Source: a virus
Taxonomy: Duplodnaviria; Caudoviricetes
Reading direction: 5' to 3' (one strand)
IMG/VR virus record: IMGVR_UViG_3300011335_000188
Coordinates: 1 to 36,074 of that record
Length of the DNA: 36,074 nucleotides
The notes below the pieces were generated by a model, which made no database searches, had not been told where the DNA came from, and saw nothing but the letters and a program-made list of their open reading frames with translations. A program made the translations under genes and the position numbers. Shown here piece after piece: positions 24,203 through 34,196 of this stretch. Within the stretch, counting starts at the first letter, position 1; each line of letters begins with the position of its first letter.

Positions 24203-24521
24203 CTACCGCTTTAGCCCGATTCCTAAAAGTCTTATCGTGCTTAGTCCATGCTTGGGTGGCAGTATTCCACCGACTAGCATGAATCATCTCATGGGCCATA
24301 GTCCTAATTACTGTGTCTAAATGCCCACACCTAGCGTCAGATATAGTAATCGTATGGGCGTGGGATTCCCCATCGTCATACAGGTATGTGCCCATAGCAT
24401 CAAAGTCACTATCCACAATAAACTTACATTCTTCAGGTAGGGGCAAATCCCAAGACGCAAACGGCTCGCAGCAATACAGCATTGCATAGATGTTTTCGAT
24501 AATCTTGGGTGTCAGCTTCAT
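24168..24521 (-). CDS. SprT-like zinc metalloprotease
   Basis: TMAHEMIH and H-DKTF motifs. Confidence 0.75.
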   Translation of the reverse strand: MKLTPKIIENIYAMLYCCEPFASWDLPLPEECKFIVDSDFDAMGTYLYDDGESHAHTITISDARCGHLDTVIRTMAHEMIHASRWNTATQAWTKHDKTFRNRAKAVATELGFDPLEL

Positions 24522-25549
24522 ACTTCTAGGATTTCTCCCCTAAACTCTACCTCGTTTTCCCCACATACCTGAATCATCTCAGGCATTAGCAAGCGACCAC
24601 GCTCCCACGAAGCCATTACAAACCCCTGTCGCCAATCCTTTGCATTGTCCTCTGTGTAGCTAAAGCTATCTGCGTTAACATCGGCTAAAGTGCCTGTTTG
24701 TACACCCCAGTAAGTCTTTTGGTCAAAGGTGGATATAGGACTGAGAGTCAAAACATGGGTATGCCCAGTAAAGATATTACTAAAACTGGCTTGGACATTG
24801 TTATAACCTGCGTACCGACCACCTTTATGCCTGTGTTTAATTACAGTATCTTCATTGACCCAAAACGACCAACAGGTTTCCCAATGGGGAAAATGGTACT
24901 TTAGGTTAAAGCCATCCACCCCCGAAAACTCAGGGGCACGAGCCACCAAAGCTGACTCATAACGCATATCGTGATTACCTAAAGTCCAAATCAGCCGACA
25001 GCCCGCAGGTCTAACCTTTTCAATAGCGTCTAAATGCGTTTTACAGTAGTTCAGTTCGTCTAAAACGCTAGGTTGGCGGTCATAGTTAATTTTTGGAAAA
25101 CGACTCAATACAGCCCCATCAAACGCATCTCCGTTACAAATAATGGCTTTGGGCTTGAAATGCTCTATAAACTTAATTAAGGCTTTAAACCCCGTGGTGG
25201 TGCAATCAGTAAAGTGGGCATCGGAAAAAATAATGACTCTACCCTTTTCTAGCTCCATACCCCGTCTAACGCTATGGGTAGTGGCATCTAATCGTTCTTG
25301 TAACAATTCTTGGCGTTTTGCCTTTTCAGCCCTAGCTCTTTCAATATATTCTTTGCTTTTTTCTTGTTTATAACTAAGGTCGGTTACTAGCGTTATATTC
25401 TGCCTTATCTCAACTGACCGCCTACGATTCATAATTGCCCGAACACCAATGCCTAAGTGTTCTGCCAATGCCGTAGGACTAGGATATTGTTGCCATTTCT
25501 CTATAAATGTGTCATCACTAATGTAATCACCATACTGATTTTTAGCCAT
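24518..25549 (-). CDS. Calcineurin-like metallophosphoesterase
   Basis: SDAH, NGDAFD, GNHD, GHTH; ATG 25549 preferred start. Confidence 0.85.
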   Translation of the reverse strand: MAKNQYGDYISDDTFIEKWQQYPSPTALAEHLGIGVRAIMNRRRSVEIRQNITLVTDLSYKQEKSKEYIERARAEKAKRQELLQERLDATTHSVRRGMELEKGRVIIFSDAHFTDCTTTGFKALIKFIEHFKPKAIICNGDAFDGAVLSRFPKINYDRQPSVLDELNYCKTHLDAIEKVRPAGCRLIWTLGNHDMRYESALVARAPEFSGVDGFNLKYHFPHWETCWSFWVNEDTVIKHRHKGGRYAGYNNVQASFSNIFTGHTHVLTLSPISTFDQKTYWGVQTGTLADVNADSFSYTEDNAKDWRQGFVMASWERGRLLMPEMIQVCGENEVEFRGEILEV

Positions 25550-25606
25550 ATACGACCCTAATCGTGATAAAGTTAGCATATATTAACTGATTATTGTTAA
25601 AAAACA

Positions 25607-25900
25607 ATGGCATACGCTAGAAGAACTGATGCTAACCAAGCAGAAATAGTAAAAACCCTAAGAGAAGCTGGTGCTGATGTGTACGACTTATCAAAAGTCG
25701 GCAAAGGTATTCCTGACTTGCTCGTCACTTTCAATGGCGAAACTATCTTGATGGAAGTAAAACGGGATGCCAAAGCCAAATACACCGCAGACCAACTTAA
25801 GTTCATAGCCAAGTGGAAAGGTGGCCCACTTAGTCGAGTAGATAGCCCCGAATCCGCATTAAGAGTAATTGGATTAATTGCTAAGAAAGACTATAATTAG
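25607..25900 (+). CDS. VRR-NUC-like / resolvase-type endonuclease
   Basis: D-N-EIV..LR..G, GIPDLLV, MEVK, TADQ. Confidence 0.75.
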   Translation: MAYARRTDANQAEIVKTLREAGADVYDLSKVGKGIPDLLVTFNGETILMEVKRDAKAKYTADQLKFIAKWKGGPLSRVDSPESALRVIGLIAKKDYN

Positions 25901-25918
25901 TAAAAACAAGGAGTTTGC

Positions 25919-26275
25919 ATGGAAAATTGTGCTTTATTTGTAGCTACATTACTACATTCTGCGACTAACACGCATTTTTTTCATTGGAGTACAGACTCTT
26001 ATTCCAAGCACATCGCTTTGGGCGAATATTACGATGGTATTGTAGAACTGACTGACAGCTTTGCAGAAGCCTATATGGGCAAATACGGCAAATTCACCAC
26101 ATTCCCAAGCGTGTACCACCAACCTAAAGAACCAGTTAAATACCTAGAATCCCTACAAAACTTTGTAGCCGATGCTCGCCAAGATTTACCGCAAGATTCT
26201 GAACTACAGAACTTGATTGACGAAATTGCCGACCTAATCAACACTACGACTTATAAACTTAAGTTCTTGAAATAA
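25919..26275 (+). CDS. Ferritin/Dps-like four-helix protein
   Basis: HFFHW..SYSKHIALGEYY...DSFAEAYMG; AAGGAG RBS. Confidence 0.7.
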   Translation: MENCALFVATLLHSATNTHFFHWSTDSYSKHIALGEYYDGIVELTDSFAEAYMGKYGKFTTFPSVYHQPKEPVKYLESLQNFVADARQDLPQDSELQNLIDEIADLINTTTYKLKFLK

Positions 26276-26286
26276 AAGGATATTTT

Positions 26287-26472
26287 ATGCCATTAATGAA
26301 ATCAGGCAGCAAAGAAGCAGTCGGCAAGAATATCAAAAAAGAGATGGAAGCTGGCAAGCCTAAAAAACAAGCCGTAGCGATTGCATTGTCAGTACAACGG
26401 GAAAACGCCAAAGGTAGCCGTAAGTCTAAGCTAGAAGATGCTTATGCTCGGTACATAGAAGAAAAATCTTGA
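26287..26472 (+). CDS. Small basic protein
   Basis: MPLMKSGSKEAVGKNI...KQAVAIALS. Confidence 0.65.
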   Translation: MPLMKSGSKEAVGKNIKKEMEAGKPKKQAVAIALSVQRENAKGSRKSKLEDAYARYIEEKS

Positions 26473-26485
26473 AAATTCTTGAAAT

Positions 26486-26788
26486 ATGAGCCGACAAGAC
26501 CAAATTCGTGATGCAATGGATAAGCACGATAAGCCAATTCCTAAGACCACTACTGGTAAAGGTAAGAACTATTTGCCTACCGAACAGGGTGCTGGGATGA
26601 CCGCCAAAGGTCGTGAAGCATACAACCGCAAGAACAACGCTAACCTAAAAGCCCCCGCCCCAAATCCAAAGACTGAAGCTGATAAAGGGCGTAAGGCTAG
26701 TTTCTGTGCAAGGATGGGTGGCGTAGTCGCTAAGAGCAAGAACGCTGAACGAGCAAAAGCAAGCATGAGGAGATGGAACTGTGGCTAA
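26486..26788 (+). CDS. Small basic protein
   Basis: GMTAKGR..YN...NLKAP...RKASFCARM...RRWNC. Confidence 0.65.
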   Translation: MSRQDQIRDAMDKHDKPIPKTTTGKGKNYLPTEQGAGMTAKGREAYNRKNNANLKAPAPNPKTEADKGRKASFCARMGGVVAKSKNAERAKASMRRWNCG

Positions 26789-26975
26789 AGAAGGTTTGTA
26801 CCATAATATTCACCAAAAAAGGGCTAGAATCAAGGCTGGTTCAGGCGAAAAGATGAACAAGGTTGGTAGCAAAGACGCTCCTACTAAGCAAGACTTTATT
26901 GAGTCGGCTAAGACCGCAAAACCGCTTAAAAAGACTAGAAAACAAATGCTGACCGATAAGATGAAGGATATGTAA
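26781..26975 (+). CDS. Small basic protein
   Basis: GLYHNIHQKRARIKAGSGEKM...APT..F.ESAKTAK. Confidence 0.65.
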   Translation: MAKEGLYHNIHQKRARIKAGSGEKMNKVGSKDAPTKQDFIESAKTAKPLKKTRKQMLTDKMKDM

Positions 26976-27121
26976 TGTTTAAAAAAGAAAAGATTAAACC
27001 TGAAAACTCTTTGTTGCAACCGCACAAAGAAACAACCTTAGAAAAGAACCAAAAGAACAGAGAAAAGCGTAAGGCTATGATAGCCAAGCAATTTAATAAG
27101 TTCCAAAAGGACATGGCTTAA
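26975..27121 (+). CDS. Small basic protein (48 aa, not in ORF track)
   Basis: TAATG coupling; Lys-rich. Confidence 0.5.
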   Translation: MFKKEKIKPENSLLQPHKETTLEKNQKNREKRKAMIAKQFNKFQKDMA

Positions 27122-27167
27122 AAAGTAGTATAGAATAACCCTAACTTAATCAATCACTTGGATAAGT

Positions 27168-27455
27168 ATGGAAAATAAACAATTAAGAAATATTAAGGGT
27201 GCTGGCAGACCTGCTGGTAGTCCTAACAAATCCACCGCATTGGCTAGAGAAGCCATAGCACGCTTTGTTGATGGCAACAGTCATAAACTACAAGAGTGGC
27301 TAGAAGCGATTGCTGATGACCCGAAATACGGGCCTAAACACGCATTTGATTGCTTTATGCAAGTTGCTGAATACCATGTACCTAAACTGGCTAGAACAGA
27401 ACACACAGGTAGCGAAGAAAAACCCATTCGATATGTGGTTTCATGGAAGAAGTAG
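27168..27455 (+). CDS. terS: Terminase small subunit
   Basis: GRPAGSPNK motif, overlaps terL start. Confidence 0.8.
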   Translation: MENKQLRNIKGAGRPAGSPNKSTALAREAIARFVDGNSHKLQEWLEAIADDPKYGPKHAFDCFMQVAEYHVPKLARTEHTGSEEKPIRYVVSWKK

Positions 27456-28804
27456 CTGACTTTACTGATGTCAACATAGAACTGTATAAGCCTAGAGATG
27501 TATTCCTAGACTTCCATGACCGCCAACAACGATGGGCTGTGATTATTGCCCACCGAAGGGCAGGCAAGACAGTAAGCTGTATTAATGATGCCTTGTGGAG
27601 AGCAATAACTGAAGGCAAGGAGAACGCTAGATATGCCTATATTGCCCCATATTACGCACAGGCTAAATCTATTGCTTTTGATTACCTTATGCAATTTAGT
27701 GAGTCTGCAAGGGTTAGGCACAATATCTCTGAACTGTGGGTCGAGTTGTTTAACGGGGCTAGAATTCGTCTGTTTGGTGCAGATAATCCTGACGCACTTA
27801 GGGGTATGTACCTTGATGGGGTTGTACTAGACGAATACGCAGATATGAAGCCTAAGATATGGGGTGAGGTTATTCGACCCCTATTGGCTGATAGACGGGG
27901 CTGGGCTACCTTTATTGGCACGCCAAAGGGTCACAATACCTTTTATGACATATACCAGTACGCCACGCTTAATCCTGACGAATGGTACTGCAAGGTCTTA
28001 CGAGCAAGCCAAACCAACCTGATAGAACAGACTGAGCTAGACGATGCCCTAAAGTCTATGTCTATCGACCAGTATCAACAAGAGTTTGAATGTAGCTTTG
28101 AAGCTGCCATACTTGGTGCTATATACGGCACAGAGATGCGATTATTAACTGACGCAGGGCGTATTACCAAAGTTGAGTGCGATACCCTATTCCCTGTCCA
28201 TACAGCGTGGGACTTAGGCTATAACGATGCTACGGCTATATGGTGGTTTCAGGTCGTACATGGAGAGATACGGGTATTGGATTACCACGAAGCACATGGG
28301 CAACCGATTGTCTATTACGCCAACCAAATTAAAGAACGACCATACGAATATGGCACACATTGGCTACCTCACGATGCACGAGCTAAAACTTTGGCAAGCG
28401 GTGGAAAGAGCATAATCGAACAATTAATTGATAAATTACCCCAAAAAAGTGGTAATTTGTTTAAAATAGTACCTAATCTTGGACTTCAAGATGGAATACA
28501 AGCTACACGAATGGCATTAGCTAGGACTTGGTTTGATGCCATGAAGTGTCAAGAAGGCATTGAATGTTTACGACAGTACCAAAGGGAATACGATGAAGAT
28601 AAGAAAGTATTTCGAGATAAGCCTAGACATGATTGGACAAGTCATGGAGCGGATGCTTTTAGGATGCTTTCTGTGGCTTGGCAAGACGAAGCAGAAATTG
28701 CAAAACAAAACGCACCGATTCGTGGCATTACTGTTGGACAGAATGAAGTGACATTAGAAGAAATGTGGAAATCAACGCCACGCATTACTAATCAAAGGTA
28801 CTAA
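27443..28804 (+). CDS. terL: Terminase large subunit
   Basis: HRRAGKT Walker A, VVLDE Walker B, GTPKG, WDLG and SHGADA nuclease motifs. Confidence 0.95.
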   Translation: MEEVADFTDVNIELYKPRDVFLDFHDRQQRWAVIIAHRRAGKTVSCINDALWRAITEGKENARYAYIAPYYAQAKSIAFDYLMQFSESARVRHNISELWVELFNGARIRLFGADNPDALRGMYLDGVVLDEYADMKPKIWGEVIRPLLADRRGWATFIGTPKGHNTFYDIYQYATLNPDEWYCKVLRASQTNLIEQTELDDALKSMSIDQYQQEFECSFEAAILGAIYGTEMRLLTDAGRITKVECDTLFPVHTAWDLGYNDATAIWWFQVVHGEIRVLDYHEAHGQPIVYYANQIKERPYEYGTHWLPHDARAKTLASGGKSIIEQLIDKLPQKSGNLFKIVPNLGLQDGIQATRMALARTWFDAMKCQEGIECLRQYQREYDEDKKVFRDKPRHDWTSHGADAFRMLSVAWQDEAEIAKQNAPIRGITVGQNEVTLEEMWKSTPRITNQRY

Positions 28805-28806
28805 CC

Positions 28807-31092
28807 ATGCAAGATACGCTTAACAAGACTTACGAAGATTGGTACAACACAATCGCCCAATACGACAAGTCATTTAGGGAATGGGAAGCTAGAGTCCCCC
28901 GAATCATTAAGCGTTATCGTGATGACAGCCGTACCCGTAATAACCCCAATGCTCGCTTTAATATTCTTTGGTCAAATGTTCAGGTTATCAAGCCTGCCAT
29001 CTTTGCTAGACTCCCTCGCCCCGATGTAAGTAGGCGGTTTAGAGATAACGACCCTATTGGTCGAGTCGCTTCTATGATGCTAGAACGGGCTTTGGAGTAC
29101 GAAGTTGAGCATTACCATGACTACAAATCCGCTATGGATAACGCAGTTCTTGACCGCTTATTAGGTGGTAGAGGAACGGCATGGGTACGCTATGAGCCAC
29201 ACATTGTTGCAGAGCAAAATAACATCAACGAAGGTATTGCAGGTCAAATGCCCGAAGATGGGCTACAAATTACAGAGGATGCCGATGAAGCAGAAACGGA
29301 AAACGCTGAACTGGTGGAGTCGCAAGAACGCATTGAATATGAGTGTGCCCCTGTTGATTATGTCCATTGGCGTGATTTTGGCCATACTGTTGGCAGGACT
29401 TGGGAAGAAGTAACAGCCGTATGGCGTAAAGTCTATATGAGCCGACAAGCTCTGATTGACCGCTTTGGCGAAGAAGTTGGTGGGAAAATCCCCCTTGATA
29501 CCAAGCCTGATAGCGATAAATGGGCTACTAAACAGATGACTGCCGAGCATTTCCAAGCCTGTATCTATGAGATTTGGGATAAAGAACAAGGCAAAGTCTT
29601 TTGGATTAGCAAGTCGATGGGTGAAATCCTCGATGAAAAAGATGACCCACTACAGTTAGAGGGATTCTTCCCATGCCCTAAACCAATGTACGCTACATTG
29701 ACTACAGACAGCTTAGAGCCGATTCCTGACTTTGTTCTATACCAAGACCAAGCCAAGCAGTTAGACACGCTTGCAGACCGCATAGATGGCTTTATTAACG
29801 CCTTAAAGGTACGGGGTGTCTATGACGCTTCTGAGCCTAGCCTTGCCCGATTATTCTCTGAGGGCGAGAACAATACCCTGATTCCAGTTAAGAATTGGGC
29901 TGCCTTTGCTGAAAAACAAGGCATGAAAGGGGCTATTGATTTAGTCGATATAACCCCAATCGCCCAAGCCCTGACCATGTGCTATCAAGCAATGGAACAA
30001 GTTAAGGGTCAGATTTACGAGATTATGGGTATTGCCGACATTCAGCGTGGGCAGACCGACCCCAATGAAACACTAGGGGCACAGATAATTAAGTCTAATA
30101 ATGCAGCAGGCAGACTTAAGACCATGCAACACGCAGTCGTGGACTTTGCTACAGAACTCTTAAGTATTAAGGCTCAGATTATCTGCAAGCATTTCACAGA
30201 TGACACCATCGTGAAAATTAGTGGTGCAATGCAACTAAGCCCACAAGACCAACAGTTAGTACCGCAAGCCTTACAGCTTCTAAAAGACGAACCCGCTAAG
30301 AACTTCCGTATTGAAGTCACTAGCGATTCAATGATTTACCAAGACGAGCAACAAGAAAAAGCCGACAGGATTGAGTTCTTAGGTGCTTTAAGCCAGTTTA
30401 TGAACCAAGCTCTGCCAGTTGCTACCCAAGCCCCTGAACTAACCCCATTACTGATGGAGATGTTAAAGTTTGGAGTTACTGCATTTAAGGCTGGTAAAGG
30501 CATGGAAGGGCTGATTGATGAAACTGCCGATGATTTTAGAAACAAAGCTAAAGCGATGGAAGGCCAACCAAAACCCCCACCTGTTGAGGTGCAGAAGATA
30601 CAGGCTCAGACTCAGGCTAAGATGCAAGAAATGCAGATGTCAGTCCAACTTGAACAGCAAAAGATGGCTGCTCAGATTGAATTTGAAAAGGCTAAACAGG
30701 AATATCAAGCTCAAGAAAACCAACTTAAGTTCCAACTTGAAGAACAGCGTAATGCTCAAGACCGAGAGATGGAAATGAAGTTAGCTCAGATGAAGATGAT
30801 GACTGAGCGTAATACCCAACTCCTCTTGGCTTACATTAACAACGGGGCTAAGATTGAAACGGCTCGTATCTCCGCAGGCGTTGATTCAGGCGAGGGAATC
30901 GCTGAAGAATACACAATGGATGAAGATATGCTACGGGCACAAGAACACCCCCTAGCCCCCATAGCCAACGCTATTGCTCAAGGTAATCAAGAAATGACGG
31001 CTACTTTATCGACCTTAATTGACCGCCTAAATCAACCAAAACAAGTGCTACGGGATGAGAATGGAAAGATTGTAGGGGTAACAAATGCCTAG
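28807..31092 (+). CDS. Portal protein (P22-like, long C-terminal coiled coil)
   Basis: 761 aa directly after terL; Gln-rich C-terminal barrel-like region. Confidence 0.85.
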   Translation: MQDTLNKTYEDWYNTIAQYDKSFREWEARVPRIIKRYRDDSRTRNNPNARFNILWSNVQVIKPAIFARLPRPDVSRRFRDNDPIGRVASMMLERALEYEVEHYHDYKSAMDNAVLDRLLGGRGTAWVRYEPHIVAEQNNINEGIAGQMPEDGLQITEDADEAETENAELVESQERIEYECAPVDYVHWRDFGHTVGRTWEEVTAVWRKVYMSRQALIDRFGEEVGGKIPLDTKPDSDKWATKQMTAEHFQACIYEIWDKEQGKVFWISKSMGEILDEKDDPLQLEGFFPCPKPMYATLTTDSLEPIPDFVLYQDQAKQLDTLADRIDGFINALKVRGVYDASEPSLARLFSEGENNTLIPVKNWAAFAEKQGMKGAIDLVDITPIAQALTMCYQAMEQVKGQIYEIMGIADIQRGQTDPNETLGAQIIKSNNAAGRLKTMQHAVVDFATELLSIKAQIICKHFTDDTIVKISGAMQLSPQDQQLVPQALQLLKDEPAKNFRIEVTSDSMIYQDEQQEKADRIEFLGALSQFMNQALPVATQAPELTPLLMEMLKFGVTAFKAGKGMEGLIDETADDFRNKAKAMEGQPKPPPVEVQKIQAQTQAKMQEMQMSVQLEQQKMAAQIEFEKAKQEYQAQENQLKFQLEEQRNAQDREMEMKLAQMKMMTERNTQLLLAYINNGAKIETARISAGVDSGEGIAEEYTMDEDMLRAQEHPLAPIANAIAQGNQEMTATLSTLIDRLNQPKQVLRDENGKIVGVTNA

Positions 31093-31489
31093 TAATCTAA
31101 AGTATTCCAATGGCACACGAAACGCCCAACAACAAGGATTAATCACCTATGCTGGAAGCGGATGTCTTATTAACATTTATTCAGGTACTCAACCTGCCAA
31201 CGCCAATACCGCCATTAGCACTCAAACTTTGCTCGTTAGCTTGCCTGTTAGTGGGGCTTTTGGTACTGATTCAAATGGCACTATTACGCTATCTGCCGTT
31301 ACCTCTGCGAGTGCGGTGGCTACAGGCACAGCGAGCTTTTTCAGAATCTTTAAGAGCAATGGTACGACAGTTGTAATGGATGGCTCGGTAGGCACAAGCT
31401 CTGCCGATATGATTCTAAATACCACCGCCATAGCCAATACTCAGACTGTCACCATTAGTTCAGGAACAATTATTAGGGCTAACCAATAA
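31085..31489 (+). CDS. Virion structural protein
   Basis: IYSGTQPANA...GTASFFRI...MDGSVG beta-rich protein. Confidence 0.6.
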   Translation: MPSNLKYSNGTRNAQQQGLITYAGSGCLINIYSGTQPANANTAISTQTLLVSLPVSGAFGTDSNGTITLSAVTSASAVATGTASFFRIFKSNGTTVVMDGSVGTSSADMILNTTAIANTQTVTISSGTIIRANQ

Positions 31490-33600
31490 TGGCAATATTA
31501 GTCAAACACAATAAAGTCAGTACAGTACCTGATGATGCCGATACAAGTCTAGTTCGCCCATCCGATTGGAACGCTGACCACACGCTTACTGGGTTTGGCA
31601 CAGCCGCCGAAAAAGATGCTGGCGTTGCTAACGGAGTCGCTACCCTAGATTCAGGCGGTAAAGTACCACAATCTCAAATCCCGTTAATGGGAGATTTGAA
31701 CTATCAAGGCACATGGAACGCTAGTACCAACACCCCAACCCTAACCTCAAGCGTAGGAACTAAGGGTTATTACTATGTTGTAGATGTAGCTGGTTCTACA
31801 AACCTTAACGGCATTACTGATTGGCAAGTGGGCGATTGGGCAATATTTAATGGCTCTGTATGGCAAAAGGTCGATAACACAGACGCAGTTACAAGCGTAA
31901 ACGGACAGGTCGGTACAGTCGTATTAACGCAAAGCGATATTAGTGGCACAGTCCCAACAACACGCACAATTACCGCAGGCACAGGGCTTACAGGTGGTGG
32001 TGACTTATCGGCTAACAGAACTTTAGCCATTGACAGCACAGTAGCGACTTTAACAGGTACGCAAACCCTAACAAACAAGACCATTAGCGGTGCAAACAAT
32101 ACCCTAACCAACATTGGTAACTCAAGCCTAACAAACTCGGCTATTACCATTAATGGCACAAGCACAAGTCTTGGTGGTTCAATTAATGTGGGTACAGTCA
32201 CAAGCGTAGGGCTTACTAGTTCTGCATCATCTTTAGCCATTACCAATACCCCAATTACCTCTAGCGGTAACATTGGAATTAATTATGCTGGTATAGCAAG
32301 TCAATATGTGCGTGGCGATGGCTCACTAGCCAATTTCCCAACTTCACAAGGTGGCGGTTCTTCCGTATCGTATTACCTAAATGGTAGCGTCAATCAAGGC
32401 ACATTTGGGGGCAATACTTACTATCAAATGAGCAAAACCCCTGTATTTGGCACAGGCACAAACTTTAATATTAATGCAAATGGCTATATTGCTCAGTTTA
32501 TTACCGATGCAAACGACCCATCATTACTTGCTATTCCTGCTGGTAATTGGAACTTTGAGATGTATTTCAGCACCTCATCGGCAGGTGGAACTCCTAATTT
32601 CTACCTAGAACTATACAAATACAACGGCACAACTTTTACCTTAATTGCTAGTAGTTCTACCAACCCTGAAAGCATTACAGGTGGAGTTTCAACCGATTTA
32701 TACATAACATCGTTAGGTGTTCCAGCTACTACATTAGCTGTAACTGACCGACTAGCTGTCAGAGTTTATGTAAACCATAGCGGTAGAACGATTACTTTGC
32801 ACACCGAAGATAACAATTTGTGCCAAGTTATTACAACCTTTTCTACTGGATTAAACGCTTTGAACGGCTTAACCGCCCAAGTTCAGTATTTTGCGACAGG
32901 CACATCGGGTTCAGACTTTAATATCTCAAGTGCCACAGATACCCATACATTCAATATTCCATCGGCATCAGGCTCAAATCGTGGGCTTTTGACATCGGCT
33001 GATTGGACTACATTTAACAGCAAAGTAACTAGCGTATCAGGCACAGCACCCGTAGTTTCAAGCGGTGGTACAACCCCTGCTATAAGCATGGCTAAAGCCA
33101 CCACTAGCGTAGATGGATACCTGTCTGCCACAGACTTTACGACCTTTAATAACAAAGGCAATGGCACAGTCACAAGCGTTGCCGCATTAACTTTAGGCAC
33201 GACAGGCACAGACCTAAGTTCTACTGTAGCTAACGGCACGACAACCCCCGTCATTACCCTAAATGTACCAACGGCATCAGCGACTAATCGGGGTGCGTTA
33301 AGTTCTGCGGATTGGACAACCTTTAACAGTAAAGCCGCCCCGTTTACCTACACATCAACTTACATTCCTTTTGGTCAAGGCACTACAACGCCAAACCAAT
33401 CGGCAAACCTAACCTTTGATGGCACTACGCAGTCTGCACCAGTTCAGAGGGCTAGTAACGGGATTGTGACCAACAATAAGACTATCGGCACTAGCTTTAC
33501 CATTCCATCTACGGATAACGCTATGTCATCAGGGCCAGTAACCCTATCAAGTGGCGTAACAGTCACAGTTTCTAGTGGGTCACGCTGGGTAGTCTTGTGA
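31489..33600 (+). CDS. Long fibre protein (head or tail fibre)
   Basis: 703 aa Thr/Ser/Gly-rich; GVATLD, YQGTWNA, VTSVNG, TQTLTNKT; three WTTFNSK-type repeats; ends VTVTVSSGSRWVVL. Confidence 0.75.
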   Translation: MAILVKHNKVSTVPDDADTSLVRPSDWNADHTLTGFGTAAEKDAGVANGVATLDSGGKVPQSQIPLMGDLNYQGTWNASTNTPTLTSSVGTKGYYYVVDVAGSTNLNGITDWQVGDWAIFNGSVWQKVDNTDAVTSVNGQVGTVVLTQSDISGTVPTTRTITAGTGLTGGGDLSANRTLAIDSTVATLTGTQTLTNKTISGANNTLTNIGNSSLTNSAITINGTSTSLGGSINVGTVTSVGLTSSASSLAITNTPITSSGNIGINYAGIASQYVRGDGSLANFPTSQGGGSSVSYYLNGSVNQGTFGGNTYYQMSKTPVFGTGTNFNINANGYIAQFITDANDPSLLAIPAGNWNFEMYFSTSSAGGTPNFYLELYKYNGTTFTLIASSSTNPESITGGVSTDLYITSLGVPATTLAVTDRLAVRVYVNHSGRTITLHTEDNNLCQVITTFSTGLNALNGLTAQVQYFATGTSGSDFNISSATDTHTFNIPSASGSNRGLLTSADWTTFNSKVTSVSGTAPVVSSGGTTPAISMAKATTSVDGYLSATDFTTFNNKGNGTVTSVAALTLGTTGTDLSSTVANGTTTPVITLNVPTASATNRGALSSADWTTFNSKAAPFTYTSTYIPFGQGTTTPNQSANLTFDGTTQSAPVQRASNGIVTNNKTIGTSFTIPSTDNAMSSGPVTLSSGVTVTVSSGSRWVVL

Positions 33601-34196
33601 TTGGTGCATTTCAACCCAAAGGCTTTCAAGGGAACGCCTTTCAGGTAGCCCCTGTTGAGGGTTATATCTATGTAACCGATGGTGACGATACAGCTACCCT
33701 AAATGGGTTGGTTTCTACCCCAGTTGGGTATATTGACACCATTGATGAAGATGATTCTTGCAATATTCAGGGTACTGTTGCGGGTGAACAGCCCACAATG
33801 GATATGCACGATGGCTTTACGGCAGAAGAAATCCGCAGAGCTAAGAGGATTGATGCCAAGATACGGGCTAGACAATTAGCCATTTACAAAGCCCAACAAG
33901 AAGCTAAACAACGCAGAAAACAACAACTGCGTGATGCAATCGACCCACCAAAAGTTGTTGCAAAAGCGAAACAAAATAAACTACAATCTATTCAAGAGGT
34001 TAAGGCTGGTACACCGCCAGTTGATACTACAGAACTAGAGCAGTCTATTGCCTACCTTGAGAACCAAAAAACCAACCTGTTAAAAGCGGTTGCTTATAGG
34101 CAAGAGGTAGCAAGGTTACAGACCGAACTCGCCATCCTAGAAGCTAAACGCCTAGCAGAACTAGATGACGAGGAAAGCATATTACTACTGACATAA
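33597..34196 (+). CDS. Hypothetical virion-associated protein
   Basis: AFQ..FQ..AFQ N-terminus, coiled coil, DDEESILLL end; GTGA overlap. Confidence 0.6.
   Translation: MIGAFQPKGFQGNAFQVAPVEGYIYVTDGDDTATLNGLVSTPVGYIDTIDEDDSCNIQGTVAGEQPTMDMHDGFTAEEIRRAKRIDAKIRARQLAIYKAQQEAKQRRKQQLRDAIDPPKVVAKAKQNKLQSIQEVKAGTPPVDTTELEQSIAYLENQKTNLLKAVAYRQEVARLQTELAILEAKRLAELDDEESILLLT

Noticed and set aside
25582-25600. TTAAC-N8-GTTAA as a fifth operator
   Set aside because: Half-site and spacing differ from TTAAG-N4-CTTAA; may be chance in AT-rich DNA
31773-33254. Minus-strand ORFs of 166 and 123 aa
   Set aside because: Shadows of the Thr/Ser/Gly-rich fibre gene
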